Shown here one piece after another: positions 28,986 to 39,106 of a stretch of DNA of 64,000 nt. Numbering within the stretch: position 1 is the first letter of the stretch; every line of letters starts with the position of its first letter. The position numbers were made by a program, and so were the translations under genes. The notes under the pieces were generated by a model. The model was not told the DNA's origin. It did not search any database and saw only the letters and a program-made list of their open reading frames with translations. The DNA is from an uncultured Pontibacter sp. (GTDB lineage Bacteria > Bacteroidota > Bacteroidia > Cytophagales > Hymenobacteraceae): positions 12,600-76,599 of the forward strand of contig CBINIP010000014.1 of NCBI GenBank assembly GCA_966250805.1. The letters are read 5' to 3'.

Positions 28986-30965
28986 ATGAATAAGAATTAT
29001 TGCCCCAGCCTTACGGAGTATGTACGCAGGAAAACAATTGTAGTAAACATCGGCGATGTACCTATGGGTGGAGATCACCCGATACGTGTACAATCCATGA
29101 CTACCGTTGACACCATGGATACCATAGGTTCAGTGGAGCAGTGCATCCGCATGATTGAGGCTGGTTGTGAGTATATCCGCATTACAGCACCAAGTATAAA
29201 AGAGGCAGAAAACCTGCGAAACATAAAAGATGAACTGCGAAAACGTGGCTATAATACACCACTGGTAGCCGATATTCATTTTACTCCAAACGCTGCAGAA
29301 GTTGCTGCCCGCATAGTAGAAAAAGTACGCATCAACCCAGGCAACTACGCCGATAAGAAGAAGTTCGAAGTTATAGAGTATAACGATGAAACCTATCAGG
29401 CTGAGCTTAATCGAATTCGCGAGCGCTTCCTGCCACTGGTTCGAATCTGTAAAGAACATGGCACTGCTATGCGCATAGGTACCAACCATGGTTCTCTTTC
29501 TGACCGTATCCTGAGCCGCTACGGCGATACACCACTGGGCATGGTAGAAAGTGCACTTGAGTTCCTGCGTATCTGCGAGGCAGAGAATTACCACAACATC
29601 GTGATCTCTATGAAAGCTTCTAACACACAGGTGATGGTGCAAGCCTACCGTTTGCTGGTTCAGAAGCTGGAAGAGGAAGGTATGCAGCCATACCCGCTGC
29701 ACCTGGGCGTAACCGAGGCAGGTGAAGCCGAAGACGGTCGCATTAAATCAGCTGTTGGTATCGGCACTTTGCTGGAAGATGGCTTAGGCGATACGGTACG
29801 TGTTTCGTTAACCGAAGCACCTGAAGCAGAGGCACCTGTAGCCAAAGCTCTGATAGACCGTTATACTCACCGCGCAGAAAAAGTCCAACCTATAAAGCCA
29901 ATCTGCAACGTACCTATTGATCCGTTTCAGTACCACCGCCGCGAAACCCTTGAGGTAGAAAACCTGGGAGGGCAGAATGTGCCGCGTGTTATCGCAGACC
30001 TTAGCCGCCTGACAGACATCAAGTATGCAGACCTGAAATGTGTAGGCCACCTGTATTCTATGTTGCTCGATAAGTTCAACATGAATGACCTCGGCGCAGA
30101 TTACATTTATACCGGCGATACACCTATCAGCTTTATGCTGCCAAACGGGCTGAAGGAAATTGTAAACTATACGCCGTGGCTGCTGAACGAGCAAAAGGAA
30201 CACACGCACCCGCTGATAACTGCTGCACAATACTTGCCGTCAAGCGCAGAAAGCCTTCACAGTAAGCTTAATTTCATACAGCTAACCATCCACGACCTGA
30301 CAGAGGAAATGCTGGAGCGTCTGCAGCAGGATAAAACTGCAGTTTTGATGCTGCACACTCATAACGAGCACGCAATGCCTGAACTGCGCAAATGCTTTTT
30401 CAGGTTAATGAACCATGGCATTCAGAACCCTTGCATCATACAGCGCGAATATGCTGATCTTACGCCAGATGAAATACAGCTTTATGCATCCACTGACGTT
30501 GGCGGCCTGCTTATAGATGGCTTAGGAGATGGCGTTATACTTAGTACAGAGCTGCTGGCTGATCGTGAAAAAGGGGAGTGGCTGCAAACTATAGAAAAGC
30601 TGAATAACCTTAGCTTTGGTATACTTCAGGCAGCACGCACGCGCATGAGCAAAACAGAGTACATCAGTTGCCCAAGCTGTGGCCGTACCTTATTCGACCT
30701 GCAGGAGACAACCGCTATGATTCGTAAACGCACCGATCACTTAAAAGGTGTTAAGATCGGTATTATGGGTTGTATTGTGAACGGTCCTGGCGAAATGGCT
30801 GATGCAGATTATGGCTACGTAGGTGTAGGTAAAGACAAAATAGCCCTTTACCGCGGCCAGACTGTAGTAAAAAAATCAGTGCCTGCCGACCGTGCCGTAG
30901 ATGAACTTATAGAGCTTATACGCGAAGACGATAAGTGGATTGAGCCTGTAAAACTGGAAGAATAA
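28986..30965 (+). CDS. ispG: 4-hydroxy-3-methylbut-2-enyl diphosphate synthase, long form with an insert domain
   Basis: 659 aa. It shows IRVQSMT, RINPGN, and C-terminal CPSCGR plus GCIVNGPGE Fe-S ligand motifs. The central insert is the type seen in Bacteroidota, Chlamydia and plants. Confidence 0.92.
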   Translation: MNKNYCPSLTEYVRRKTIVVNIGDVPMGGDHPIRVQSMTTVDTMDTIGSVEQCIRMIEAGCEYIRITAPSIKEAENLRNIKDELRKRGYNTPLVADIHFTPNAAEVAARIVEKVRINPGNYADKKKFEVIEYNDETYQAELNRIRERFLPLVRICKEHGTAMRIGTNHGSLSDRILSRYGDTPLGMVESALEFLRICEAENYHNIVISMKASNTQVMVQAYRLLVQKLEEEGMQPYPLHLGVTEAGEAEDGRIKSAVGIGTLLEDGLGDTVRVSLTEAPEAEAPVAKALIDRYTHRAEKVQPIKPICNVPIDPFQYHRRETLEVENLGGQNVPRVIADLSRLTDIKYADLKCVGHLYSMLLDKFNMNDLGADYIYTGDTPISFMLPNGLKEIVNYTPWLLNEQKEHTHPLITAAQYLPSSAESLHSKLNFIQLTIHDLTEEMLERLQQDKTAVLMLHTHNEHAMPELRKCFFRLMNHGIQNPCIIQREYADLTPDEIQLYASTDVGGLLIDGLGDGVILSTELLADREKGEWLQTIEKLNNLSFGILQAARTRMSKTEYISCPSCGRTLFDLQETTAMIRKRTDHLKGVKIGIMGCIVNGPGEMADADYGYVGVGKDKIALYRGQTVVKKSVPADRAVDELIELIREDDKWIEPVKLEE

Positions 30966-31091
30966 CACAACTTAAATTACTGTTTTTCAAATCTTTTCCG
31001 GCTAAATACTGTTTAAGATTAGGTATAACAAGAGTCTTGGCAAGTGCTTTTATTATACTTATAAATTGATTTTCTATACCATCTATATACC

Positions 31092-31256
31092 ATGAAGGGA
31101 TTATTTGATTTCACAGAAGTAGCAACATACTTCTTCCGTAAAAAGGACCCGAACCGTAAAACGAATTTTAACCTGCGCACCATGCATGCCATTAATAAGA
31201 TCTCGATCCTGATGTTTCTGGCAGGTGCTTTATACTTTATCATCACCCATATTTAA
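31092..31256 (+). CDS. Small conserved membrane protein (54 aa), below the ORF-track size cutoff
   Basis: The ATG at 31092 gives MKGLFDFTEVATYFFRKKDPNRKTNFNLRTMHAINKISILMFLAGALYFIITHI and a stop at 31254-31256. It has a C-terminal TM segment. The stop lies 3 nt before the next gene's GTG. The sequence resembles a small Bacteroidota family I recall, which I have not verified. Confidence 0.5.
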   Translation: MKGLFDFTEVATYFFRKKDPNRKTNFNLRTMHAINKISILMFLAGALYFIITHI

Positions 31257-31259
31257 ACA

Positions 31260-31616
31260 GTGAACATAGAAGAACTGCGGGACTACTGCCTTGCCAAACC
31301 CGGCACTACCGAAGAACTCCCTTTTGATGCTGATACACTGGTGTTTAAAGTAAGCGGTAAAATGTATGCTCTTTGCAGCTTATCGGCTTACGAGGAAGGT
31401 ATAGCACTTAAATGTGACCCGGAACTGGCTGTTGAGCTGCGTGAAAAATATCCGCAGGTAAAGCCAGGTTACCACATGAGCAAAATACACTGGAATACTG
31501 TGCTGCCAGAGGCCGGCTTACCTGATAACCTGCTCCGCACCTGGATTGATGATTCTTATAACTTGGTAGTTGCCAAGCTTACCAGAGCGCAAAAGCAACA
31601 ATTAGGTGTAAAGTAA
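31260..31616 (+). CDS. MmcQ/YjbR-family DNA-binding protein
   Basis: 118 aa reading LRDYCLAKPGTTEELPFD...HMSKIHWNTV. Confidence 0.7.
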   Translation: MNIEELRDYCLAKPGTTEELPFDADTLVFKVSGKMYALCSLSAYEEGIALKCDPELAVELREKYPQVKPGYHMSKIHWNTVLPEAGLPDNLLRTWIDDSYNLVVAKLTRAQKQQLGVK

Positions 31617-31638
31617 CCTTTAAATTGGGAATAATTTT

Positions 31639-31682
31639 AAGCCGCTGCTGATCTTAAAGGTCTTGCAGCGGCTTTTATTTTT
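31639..31682 (+). terminator. Rho-independent terminator after the yjbR-like gene
   Basis: Stem AAGCCGCTGC / GCAGCGGCTT (31639-31648 / 31665-31674), then TTATTTTT. Confidence 0.65.
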
Positions 31683-31942
31683 CTACATGCCTTTAATTTC
31701 TCCACTTCTTATACTTAAGAAACACTCTACTGACATCTGCATTTATACTTATATACCAGTTAGCTGTATAAAATTAATATTTTGTAAAAGAACATTTTAC
31801 ACCGCAAAAACTACTTTAAAAATTTGGCAACACAGGCTGTAAAAAGATAAAAAATTGCTGACTTTTTCGACAAAAGTTGATTTATACTCTATGAATTCTC
31901 AAATATTATCGTTAAAATTGAGAAACTCACCTTAACAAGTAT

Positions 31943-32437
31943 ATGCCTTTAGAGAATGAAATTGGATTGTCGAGCTTTCGCAACGAATGGCAGAAAGCTA
32001 GTATGAGCGTCTTGTTTACACATGGTATGCTCTTTAATGCATACGAAAGCTTCTTTAAGAAACATGAAATAACTTCGCAGCAATTTAACGTACTCAGAAT
32101 TTTGTCGGAGCAGTTTCCGAGGCCGGTTTCTACCTCGTTTCTGCGCGAGAAAATGCTGGATAAAATGTCGGATGCCTCGCGTTTGGTAAGCCGCCTGCAT
32201 GCGAAAGGACTAGTAGAAGTAACTCAGAACCTTAAAGACAAGCGCCTGGTAAACATTGTAATATCCCCAAAGGGTATAAAACTGATCAGCAGCATTGATG
32301 CCGAGATTTATAACCTGGATGGTTTATTACAGGGCTTAACAGAAGAGGAAGCTATTCAGCTTTCAGACCTATTATCAAAAGTTCGTGAATCTATAAAAAC
32401 AGTAAATGAGAGAACCTCTACTCCAGTACGAGTCTAA
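31943..32437 (+). CDS. MarR-family transcriptional regulator
   Basis: 164 aa with a winged-HTH region: ITSQQFNVLRIL...DASRLVSRLHAKGLVEV...DKRLVNIVISPKG. Confidence 0.75.
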   Translation: MPLENEIGLSSFRNEWQKASMSVLFTHGMLFNAYESFFKKHEITSQQFNVLRILSEQFPRPVSTSFLREKMLDKMSDASRLVSRLHAKGLVEVTQNLKDKRLVNIVISPKGIKLISSIDAEIYNLDGLLQGLTEEEAIQLSDLLSKVRESIKTVNERTSTPVRV

Positions 32438-32466
32438 CTAATTAACTAATCTGACCTCAAAAATTT

Positions 32467-32510
32467 AGCCTGCCTTAATGCGATCAGCTTTAGGGCAGGC
32501 TTCTTCATTT
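32467..32510 (+). terminator. Putative terminator after marR
   Basis: 8-bp stem AGCCTGCC / GGCAGGCT with a 19-nt loop and a T-rich tail. Confidence 0.45.
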
Positions 32511-32523
32511 CCGGCAGCTCCTA

Positions 32524-32565
32524 TAAAACCAAAGAGCCGCTAAACATTGGCTGTTGTAGCGGCTC
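32524..32565 (-). terminator. Putative terminator downstream of leuS
   Basis: 9-bp stem GAGCCGCTA / TAGCGGCTC (32534-32542 / 32557-32565), followed by CTTTGGTTTTAT on the minus strand. Confidence 0.5.
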
Positions 32566-32596
32566 CCGGTATAGTTAATTGGTAAGATGGAAATCT

Positions 32597-35362
32597 TTAT
32601 ACTACCACGTTAATAATTTTGTTAGGTACTATAATTATTTTTTTTGGTGATTTTCCATCAAAAAACTTATTAACCTGCTCGTCGCTTAAAACTACTTTTT
32701 CCATCTCTTCGCGAGGCGTATCTACAGCAAAGCTCAGCTTGGCACGCGTTTTACCGTTCACAGAAACAGGGTACTCATACGTATTCTCTACCAGGTACTC
32801 TTCTTTCCATTGCGGGAAAGTTGCATTGCTTATACTTTCATTGTGACCCAGTTTCTGCCAAAGCTCTTCTGTAATGTGCGGCGCATAAGGCGCAAGTATA
32901 ACAGTAAGTGGCTCCAATATAGCACGTTTGTTAGTTTTCAGCTGCGTCAGTTCGTTCACACAAATCATAAAGGTAGAAACAGACGTGTTGAACGAGAAAC
33001 GCTCTATATCTTCTTCCACCTTTCTGATAGTCTTGTGCAGCGTCTTCAGTTCTTCAGCAGTAGGCGCATCGTCAGATACAGCGAAGTTGCCGGCGTTGTC
33101 GTGGAAGAGTCTCCAGTATTTCTTCAGAAACTTGTGCACGCCGTCCATACCATTTGTATTCCATGGCTTAAACTGCTCCAGCGGCCCCAGGAACATCTCA
33201 TACATACGCAGCGTGTCGGCTCCCATGCGCTCTACCAGGTCATCCGGGTTCACAACGTTATACTTCGACTTCGACATCTTCTCGATCTCAACACCAACTA
33301 TGTACTTGCCATCTTCAAGTATAAACTCGGCATCGGCATTCTCTGGTCTCCAGTTCCTGAAGGCTTCCAGGTCAAGTATATCGTTCTCTACAATGTTCAC
33401 ATCCACGTGCAGCTGCGTAACATCATACTGATCTTTCAAGCCAAAAGAAACATACTTGTTGGTACCGTTTATGCGGTAAACAAAGTTAGAACGGCCCTGG
33501 ATCATACCTTGGTTGATAAGCTTTTTAAACGGCTCATGCTCAGGAACCAGGCCCAGGTCGAACATAAACTTGTTCCAGAAGCGGGAGTAAAGCAGGTGGC
33601 CGGTTGCGTGCTCCGATCCGCCAATGTACAGGTCTACATTGCGCCAGTAGTTTATAATGTCTTTTTCAGCGAAAACCTCGTTGTTCTGTGGGTCCATGTA
33701 GCGATACCAGTACCAGCTGCTGCCAGCCCAACCCGGCATGGTGCTCAGTTCATACTCATACTCACCTTTATATTTCCAGTCTACAGCGCGGCCAAGCGGT
33801 GGCTCACCAGTTTCGGTAGGCAGGTAAGCATCAATCTTAGGCAGCTCCAGCGGCAGCTCGCTTTCTTCCAACAGGTGCGGAATGCCATCTTTAAAGTATA
33901 CCGGCACAGGCTCGCCCCAGTAACGCTGGCGGCTGAATACGGCATCACGCATACGGTACTGCGTGCGGCCTTTACCAACACCAAGCTCTTCGGCTCTGGC
34001 AATACCAGCTTTAATGGCCTCTTTAACATCCAAACCGTTCAGGAAACCGGAGTTAATGATCTTGCCTTCTTTAGCTGCGTAGGCTTCTTCTTCAAGGTTA
34101 CCGCCTTCCACAACCTGCTTTATTGGTAAGTTAAAGTGTTTGGCAAATGCATAGTCACGTGAGTCGTGGCCAGGTACGGCCATTACAGCACCCGTGCCAT
34201 AACCAGCCAGTACATAATCTGCAATCCAGACCGGCACTCGCTCTTCAGATATCGGGTTAATGGCATAAGCACCAGTGAACACGCCGCTAACAGTTTTTAC
34301 ATCCGTCATACGCTCGCGCTCCGAACGGTTTTTGGCAACCTGCACATACTCTTCAACTGCAGCACGTTGCTCGTCTGTAGTTATCTGCTCTACCAGTTCA
34401 TGCTCCGGAGCCAGCACTACAAACGTAGCCCCGAAAATCGTATCAATTCGGGTAGTAAATACTTTGATATGGCCATCACCTTCGATAGCAAAATCCAGCT
34501 CGGCACCAACCGATTTACTTATCCAGTTGCGCTGCATTTCTTTTACAGGCTCCGGCCAGTCTATCTCTTCAAGGCCCTGCAGCAAGCGCTCGGCATAGGC
34601 GGTGATGCGCATCATCCACTGCCGCATTTTCTTACGCTCTACCGGGTAACCGCCACGCTCCGATACACCACCTACCACTTCGTCGTTGGCAAGTACAGTA
34701 CCCAGTGCAGGGCACCAATTCACAACTGCATCGGCTACATACGTTAACCTATACTTCAACAACATTTCAGCCTGCTGTTGGTCGTTCATGTATTTCCATT
34801 CGTCGGCAGAGAAAACCGGTGTATCGTCGTCGCAGGCAGCATTTACAACCGCATTCCCGTTCTTTTCGAACTCAACAATAAGCTTGTCTATACTTTCTGC
34901 TTTGTCGGTGGCGTAGTTATAGTAGCTGTTAAACAGCTGCATAAAAATCCACTGCGTCCACTTATAGTAATTTGGGTCTGATGTACGAACTTCGCGCTCC
35001 CAATCAAAAGAAAAACCGATGTTCTTAAGCTGCTCTACATAGCGCTTAATATTCTGTTCGGTTGTAATAGCCGGGTGCTGGCCGGTTTGAATGGCATATT
35101 GCTCAGCTGGCAGGCCAAAGGCATCGAAGCCCATTGGGTGCAGCACGTTAAAACCTTTCAGGCGCTTGTAGCGGCTCACAATATCAGAGGCTATATAACC
35201 CAGCGGGTGGCCTACGTGCAGACCTGCTCCCGAAGGGTACGGAAACATATCCAGGGCGTAGTATTTAGGTTTATCGCTGGTAGCAGTGGCTTTAAACGTC
35301 TGGTTCTCTTCCCAGTAACGCTGCCATTTCTTTTCAATCTGAAGGAAATTATACTCTGACAT
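32597..35362 (-). CDS. leuS: Leucine--tRNA ligase
   Basis: 921 aa. It has the HIGH-type motif ([14 protein letters not shown]), KMSKS ([10 protein letters not shown]) and a CP1 editing domain. Confidence 0.97.
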   Translation of the reverse strand: MSEYNFLQIEKKWQRYWEENQTFKATATSDKPKYYALDMFPYPSGAGLHVGHPLGYIASDIVSRYKRLKGFNVLHPMGFDAFGLPAEQYAIQTGQHPAITTEQNIKRYVEQLKNIGFSFDWEREVRTSDPNYYKWTQWIFMQLFNSYYNYATDKAESIDKLIVEFEKNGNAVVNAACDDDTPVFSADEWKYMNDQQQAEMLLKYRLTYVADAVVNWCPALGTVLANDEVVGGVSERGGYPVERKKMRQWMMRITAYAERLLQGLEEIDWPEPVKEMQRNWISKSVGAELDFAIEGDGHIKVFTTRIDTIFGATFVVLAPEHELVEQITTDEQRAAVEEYVQVAKNRSERERMTDVKTVSGVFTGAYAINPISEERVPVWIADYVLAGYGTGAVMAVPGHDSRDYAFAKHFNLPIKQVVEGGNLEEEAYAAKEGKIINSGFLNGLDVKEAIKAGIARAEELGVGKGRTQYRMRDAVFSRQRYWGEPVPVYFKDGIPHLLEESELPLELPKIDAYLPTETGEPPLGRAVDWKYKGEYEYELSTMPGWAGSSWYWYRYMDPQNNEVFAEKDIINYWRNVDLYIGGSEHATGHLLYSRFWNKFMFDLGLVPEHEPFKKLINQGMIQGRSNFVYRINGTNKYVSFGLKDQYDVTQLHVDVNIVENDILDLEAFRNWRPENADAEFILEDGKYIVGVEIEKMSKSKYNVVNPDDLVERMGADTLRMYEMFLGPLEQFKPWNTNGMDGVHKFLKKYWRLFHDNAGNFAVSDDAPTAEELKTLHKTIRKVEEDIERFSFNTSVSTFMICVNELTQLKTNKRAILEPLTVILAPYAPHITEELWQKLGHNESISNATFPQWKEEYLVENTYEYPVSVNGKTRAKLSFAVDTPREEMEKVVLSDEQVNKFFDGKSPKKIIIVPNKIINVVV

Positions 35363-35572
35363 CTGTTCTGTTTGTATCGCGAATGATATTCTTAAACCGT
35401 AAAAATAACATAGTTTCTTTAATTGTAGCGCTCAAATTGCTGATTGTTGAGCAGGAGCAGGGATTATTGCTATAGTTACTGCCGCTTAGCCGGTAAGAAT
35501 TTAACAAATTGACTCGCTATTACAGTTAGTTGCCATGGCAGCCATTCGTTCTCTTTCCTCTTCAAAAACGCG

Positions 35573-35580
35573 TACATTTG
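35573..35580 (+). promoter_or_regulatory. -7 promoter box (TACATTTG) for the dsbA-like gene
   Basis: It matches TAnnTTTG, 19 nt upstream of the ATG at 35600. Confidence 0.45.
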
Positions 35581-35599
35581 TAGTATAAACAAAATAAAA

Positions 35600-36253
35600 A
35601 TGGAACAATACGACCTGCTGGATGTGCCGCACCTGATTTATGTAATGGACCCGATGTGCTCCTGGTGTTATGGCTTTGCTCCGGTAATTAAAAAGATCAA
35701 AGAAGAGCAAACTGGCAAAATGAACTTTAAGCTGGTGCTTGGCGGCCTCAGACCGGGTACAACCGAGCCTATGAACCAGCAGATGAAGGATACTGTAAAG
35801 CTACACTGGGAGGAAGTACAGAAAACGACTAATCAGCCATTCAACTATAGTTTTTTTGAGCGCGAAGAATTTGTGTACGACACAGAACCTGGCTGCAGAG
35901 CAGTGGTTACAGTGCGTTACCTTAAAAAAGAGGCAGAACTTGCTATGGCCGAAGAAGTACAAAGCGCTTTCTATGCCAGAAACACCGATGTAACTAAACC
36001 GGAGGTATTGGCAACTATAGCAGCCCAGTATGAAATAGACGAAGAAGATTTCCTGGAGAAGTATAACTCAGATGAGATGAAGGAAAAAACACAGCAGGAT
36101 TTCCTGATCGCGCGCCACCTGCAGGCCAACGCTTTCCCAAGTTTATACTTACTTAACGGCCACAAAATCATGCTGGTAAGCCGCGGTTATCTTCCTTATG
36201 ATTCAGTTAAAAGCAGGATAGAGGAGAGCTTAGATAAAACAAAAATTAACTAA
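35600..36253 (+). CDS. DsbA-family thioredoxin-fold protein
   Basis: 217 aa. The CSWC active site sits in the YVMDPMCSWCYGF context. Confidence 0.7.
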   Translation: MEQYDLLDVPHLIYVMDPMCSWCYGFAPVIKKIKEEQTGKMNFKLVLGGLRPGTTEPMNQQMKDTVKLHWEEVQKTTNQPFNYSFFEREEFVYDTEPGCRAVVTVRYLKKEAELAMAEEVQSAFYARNTDVTKPEVLATIAAQYEIDEEDFLEKYNSDEMKEKTQQDFLIARHLQANAFPSLYLLNGHKIMLVSRGYLPYDSVKSRIEESLDKTKIN

Positions 36254-36290
36254 ATAGAATCCTTTAATATAAATATAAGTATAACCAAAC

Positions 36291-36731
36291 ATGAAAAAGC
36301 ACATGAGAAAACTAGCTTTTGCCTGTTTGGCAATACTTTCTACTGTGGCTTCTTCCTGCGATGGCGGCGATGATGAGAACACAGTGACTCCTCCGGGCTC
36401 TATTATCTTACAAGAAGGTAAATGGAGCATTACGTATTACTTTGATAAAACTAAAGAAGAAACGTATCATTTTGATGGTTATACTTTCGAGTTCGGTACC
36501 AATGGTAGTTTAACAGCTGTAAAAGGGACCGATTCTGTACTTGGTAAATGGCTGATGACCACAAGCAACAGCCCTGATGAAATAACCATTGATTTTGGTG
36601 CCAGCAACCCGTTTGACGAGCTTAACGAAGACTGGAAAGTAGAAGAGAAAACCAGTTTAAATGTCAGGTTAAGCCACGAGAGCGGCTCGGGCGGCATCGA
36701 AAAAGTTACCTTTACCAGAATCAAGAACTAG
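36291..36731 (+). CDS. Hypothetical lipoprotein
   Basis: 146 aa with a signal peptide and the lipobox ASSC. Confidence 0.55.
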   Translation: MKKHMRKLAFACLAILSTVASSCDGGDDENTVTPPGSIILQEGKWSITYYFDKTKEETYHFDGYTFEFGTNGSLTAVKGTDSVLGKWLMTTSNSPDEITIDFGASNPFDELNEDWKVEEKTSLNVRLSHESGSGGIEKVTFTRIKN

Positions 36732-36903
36732 AAAGCCTGGACCTGGTTTTAAGCCAATGATGTACCCATTACAACAGGTGTGTCATTGGTTTTTTTATTT
36801 TATGGTGAAGAGCTATCTAATTAGCGGCAAGCAAGGTATAATAGATAGTCTGCCAATCAGGTTTCACCTGATTTTCTCAGAGCCCATTGTAGCTACTGTA
36901 AGT

Positions 36904-37617
36904 ATGAGTAAGCACAACCACCGCAAAACTGCCATCAGTCACATCTCTAAAAGGGTCATACCTCTGAACGAGCTGGTGCTTGGCTCCAATATCAGGAAAA
37001 GCATTTTCGACCTCATCAGGCACGATTTTCCTGATTTTACAGAAGATTCTTACCTGTCGGAAAAAGAGCTGAACGTTTACCGCAAAAAGTACCTGGAGCT
37101 GCAGCTTACAAGCGAAATGGGGGAGCTATCGAAACTCGAGAAAGAGGTAATGGAAAGTATAAACCAGAACGAGCTGCTTTCCTCAAATATTGAGTTCGAA
37201 CTGGATGAGAATATCTCGGTTGGCGAACGTATTGCCGACCTGATTGCCAGTTTTGGCGGTAGCTGGACATTTATACTTTGTTTCTTCGGCTTTATACTTT
37301 TGTGGATGGTGCTGAACGTTTTTCTGCTGGCTACCAGGCCCTACGACCCATACCCTTTTATACTTCTTAACCTTATACTATCCTGTCTGGCAGCTATTCA
37401 GGCACCTATCATCATGATGAGCCAGAACCGCAAAGAAGCTAAAGACCGGGCGCGCTCTATGTATGACTATAAAGTGAACCTGAAAGCTGAACTGGAAATA
37501 CGGCTACTGCACGAAAAACTGGACCACCTGATCATGCACCAGAACCAGCGCCTGATAGAAATTCAGGAAATACAGGTAGACCTGATGGAAGATATCCTGA
37601 ACAGAATGAAAAAGTAA
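36904..37617 (+). CDS. DUF1003-family membrane protein
   Basis: The start is set at MSKHNHRK. The hallmark ADLIASFGGSWTFI...PYDPYPFILLNLILSCLAAIQAPIIMMSQNR is present. The ORF track extends the start to 36757. Confidence 0.7.
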   Translation: MSKHNHRKTAISHISKRVIPLNELVLGSNIRKSIFDLIRHDFPDFTEDSYLSEKELNVYRKKYLELQLTSEMGELSKLEKEVMESINQNELLSSNIEFELDENISVGERIADLIASFGGSWTFILCFFGFILLWMVLNVFLLATRPYDPYPFILLNLILSCLAAIQAPIIMMSQNRKEAKDRARSMYDYKVNLKAELEIRLLHEKLDHLIMHQNQRLIEIQEIQVDLMEDILNRMKK

Positions 37618-37619
37618 AC

Positions 37620-38342
37620 CTATACCTCAGGCCAGGCAGCCAGTACAGTTCCAAGAGGGTCGTAGCCTTGCCAGGTACCCTCGCTGCCAACAGTCTTAAA
37701 GCGGGCAAAAAGCTCTTCGCTATACCAATTCTCGGTGCGGGTGCGGCGCATTACTTCCTGGTGCATCGGGTGTTTGTAAGCATACTGTTTCATGGCCTCC
37801 GCCGATTCCCAAACGCTAAAAGTGGCCTGCCTGATGAGCGGCAACTCTCCTAAACCAATGGAGCATAACAAACCCTCTGCATTATCCAGCGCCTGACTGG
37901 CTTGCGGTACAAAACGCCAGAAAGAAGGCAGCGCCCGCAGATTTATACTTGCCCTGGTAAGTACAGCTATCGGTCCATCGGTATACTTTTCTTCCAGCAC
38001 AGGTGAAAAAGGTTCAGAACCATCCCAAAGGCCATGAGATTGGTAAGGCTGCAGGTAAACTGTCCAGATCTCGTAGGAGTGGAGGCGGTAAGTTTGCATC
38101 AGCTCGGATTGGTGCAGGAAGTTGTCGGCAGCCTCTTCACTTTCCCAGGTACACAGTAAGCCGTATCTTTTAAAATTTGGCTTTATACTGAACCCTTTGC
38201 CATGGCCGCTGCCTAAGAGTTTATAAAACAATAGCCCTGGCACTTCTTTTAAGTATGGCCTGGAAGTACCCATTTGTGCAAGCCCCCAGCGTAGGTGCCC
38301 GTTGCGGATTCCGAAAAGGGTGAGTGTAGTAAGGCGTGGCAT
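37620..38342 (-). CDS. CrtA-like (spheroidene monooxygenase / carotenoid 2-hydroxylase family) protein
   Basis: The start is set at MPRLTTLTLFGI. FYKLLGSGHGKGFSIKPN and WTVYLQP...GLWDGSEPF resemble the remembered CrtA family. The assignment is from memory only. Confidence 0.5.
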   Translation of the reverse strand: MPRLTTLTLFGIRNGHLRWGLAQMGTSRPYLKEVPGLLFYKLLGSGHGKGFSIKPNFKRYGLLCTWESEEAADNFLHQSELMQTYRLHSYEIWTVYLQPYQSHGLWDGSEPFSPVLEEKYTDGPIAVLTRASINLRALPSFWRFVPQASQALDNAEGLLCSIGLGELPLIRQATFSVWESAEAMKQYAYKHPMHQEVMRRTRTENWYSEELFARFKTVGSEGTWQGYDPLGTVLAAWPEV

Positions 38343-38471
38343 TGTTGCTAACTGGTTCTGCAAAGTATAGATTTTCTGCACGAGTATGTACGAAGATACG
38401 AAACTGCAAATAAAAACACCTGCCAGCCCAGAGGGTTTAGCAGGTGCTTATACAATTTAAACCAATCTTGG

Positions 38472-38966
38472 TTACAGGTTTATTTTTTTGTTTTCACCGG
38501 GCTTGTACTGCTCGCCTGTTATAGCGGCTTTGGCCATACCTATCAGGTGCACAACAGCGCCGTTAGGAGAGTCCCAGTATTCAGCCTTATCTATGGTTAC
38601 TTTTATCAATCCTATGTTCGGGTCGTCTTTTCCTTCCGGAAACCAGGCTTTCATAGCAGGGTTCCAGAGCTCCTCAATCTTTTGGCGGTCTTTTGTAAGC
38701 GACGCTTTACCAGAAACCGAAACATACAGGTTATCGCTTGGCTTGGAATAGCTCAGGTTCACATGCGCATCGTTCTGCAGTTCATGCGACTTGCCGGACT
38801 CATAGCCCGTAAAGAACCAGATCACACCGTCATCTTTTATAGATTGGTTGCGCATCGGGCGGCTTCTTAAACAGCCATCATCCTCAACGGTGGTCATCAT
38901 GGCTATATCAATGTCTTTGATCTTATCTATAAGCGTTTGCAGGCTTTCTTTTTGGTTTTCGTTCAT
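38472..38966 (-). CDS. Pyridoxamine 5'-phosphate oxidase family protein (general stress protein 26-like)
   Basis: 164 aa. It shows IAMMTTVEDDGCLRSRPM...IWFFT and ELWNPAMKAWFPEGKDDPN. Confidence 0.75.
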   Translation of the reverse strand: MNENQKESLQTLIDKIKDIDIAMMTTVEDDGCLRSRPMRNQSIKDDGVIWFFTGYESGKSHELQNDAHVNLSYSKPSDNLYVSVSGKASLTKDRQKIEELWNPAMKAWFPEGKDDPNIGLIKVTIDKAEYWDSPNGAVVHLIGMAKAAITGEQYKPGENKKINL

Positions 38967-39106
38967 AGCTTTCTTATGTTGTGTTTCGCGTTTTTGATTA
39001 CGGGGTGCAACAGCCTTTGGTTTATAATGCCGCTACCGCCCAACGTTTACTGTAACAAAACGCTGCACATATTGTTTAATCAGGATGTACCTAAGCACAA
39101 AAAGCT

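Noticed and set aside
31019-31246. A 75-aa minus-strand ORF.
   Set aside because: The opposite strand carries a more convincing 54-aa membrane-protein ORF (31092-31256) that is tightly coupled to the next gene. The minus translation is K/R/Y-rich with no features.
32810-34129. A 439-aa ORF on the + strand, plus further long + strand ORFs at 32928-33431, 34166-34747 and 35075-35359.
   Set aside because: All lie antisense within leuS, whose identity is unambiguous. Their translations are R/L/V/F/H/Q-rich with no recognisable domains, so they are shadow ORFs. The same applies to 3899-4525 (groEL), 9496-10035 (miaB), 27356-27832 (glnN), 29130-29702 and 29808-30230 (ispG), 43486-45076 (RND), 52535-53090 (alaS), 55460-55963 (tlpA-like), 58765-59261 (ribE) and 62456-63003 (TonB-dependent receptor).
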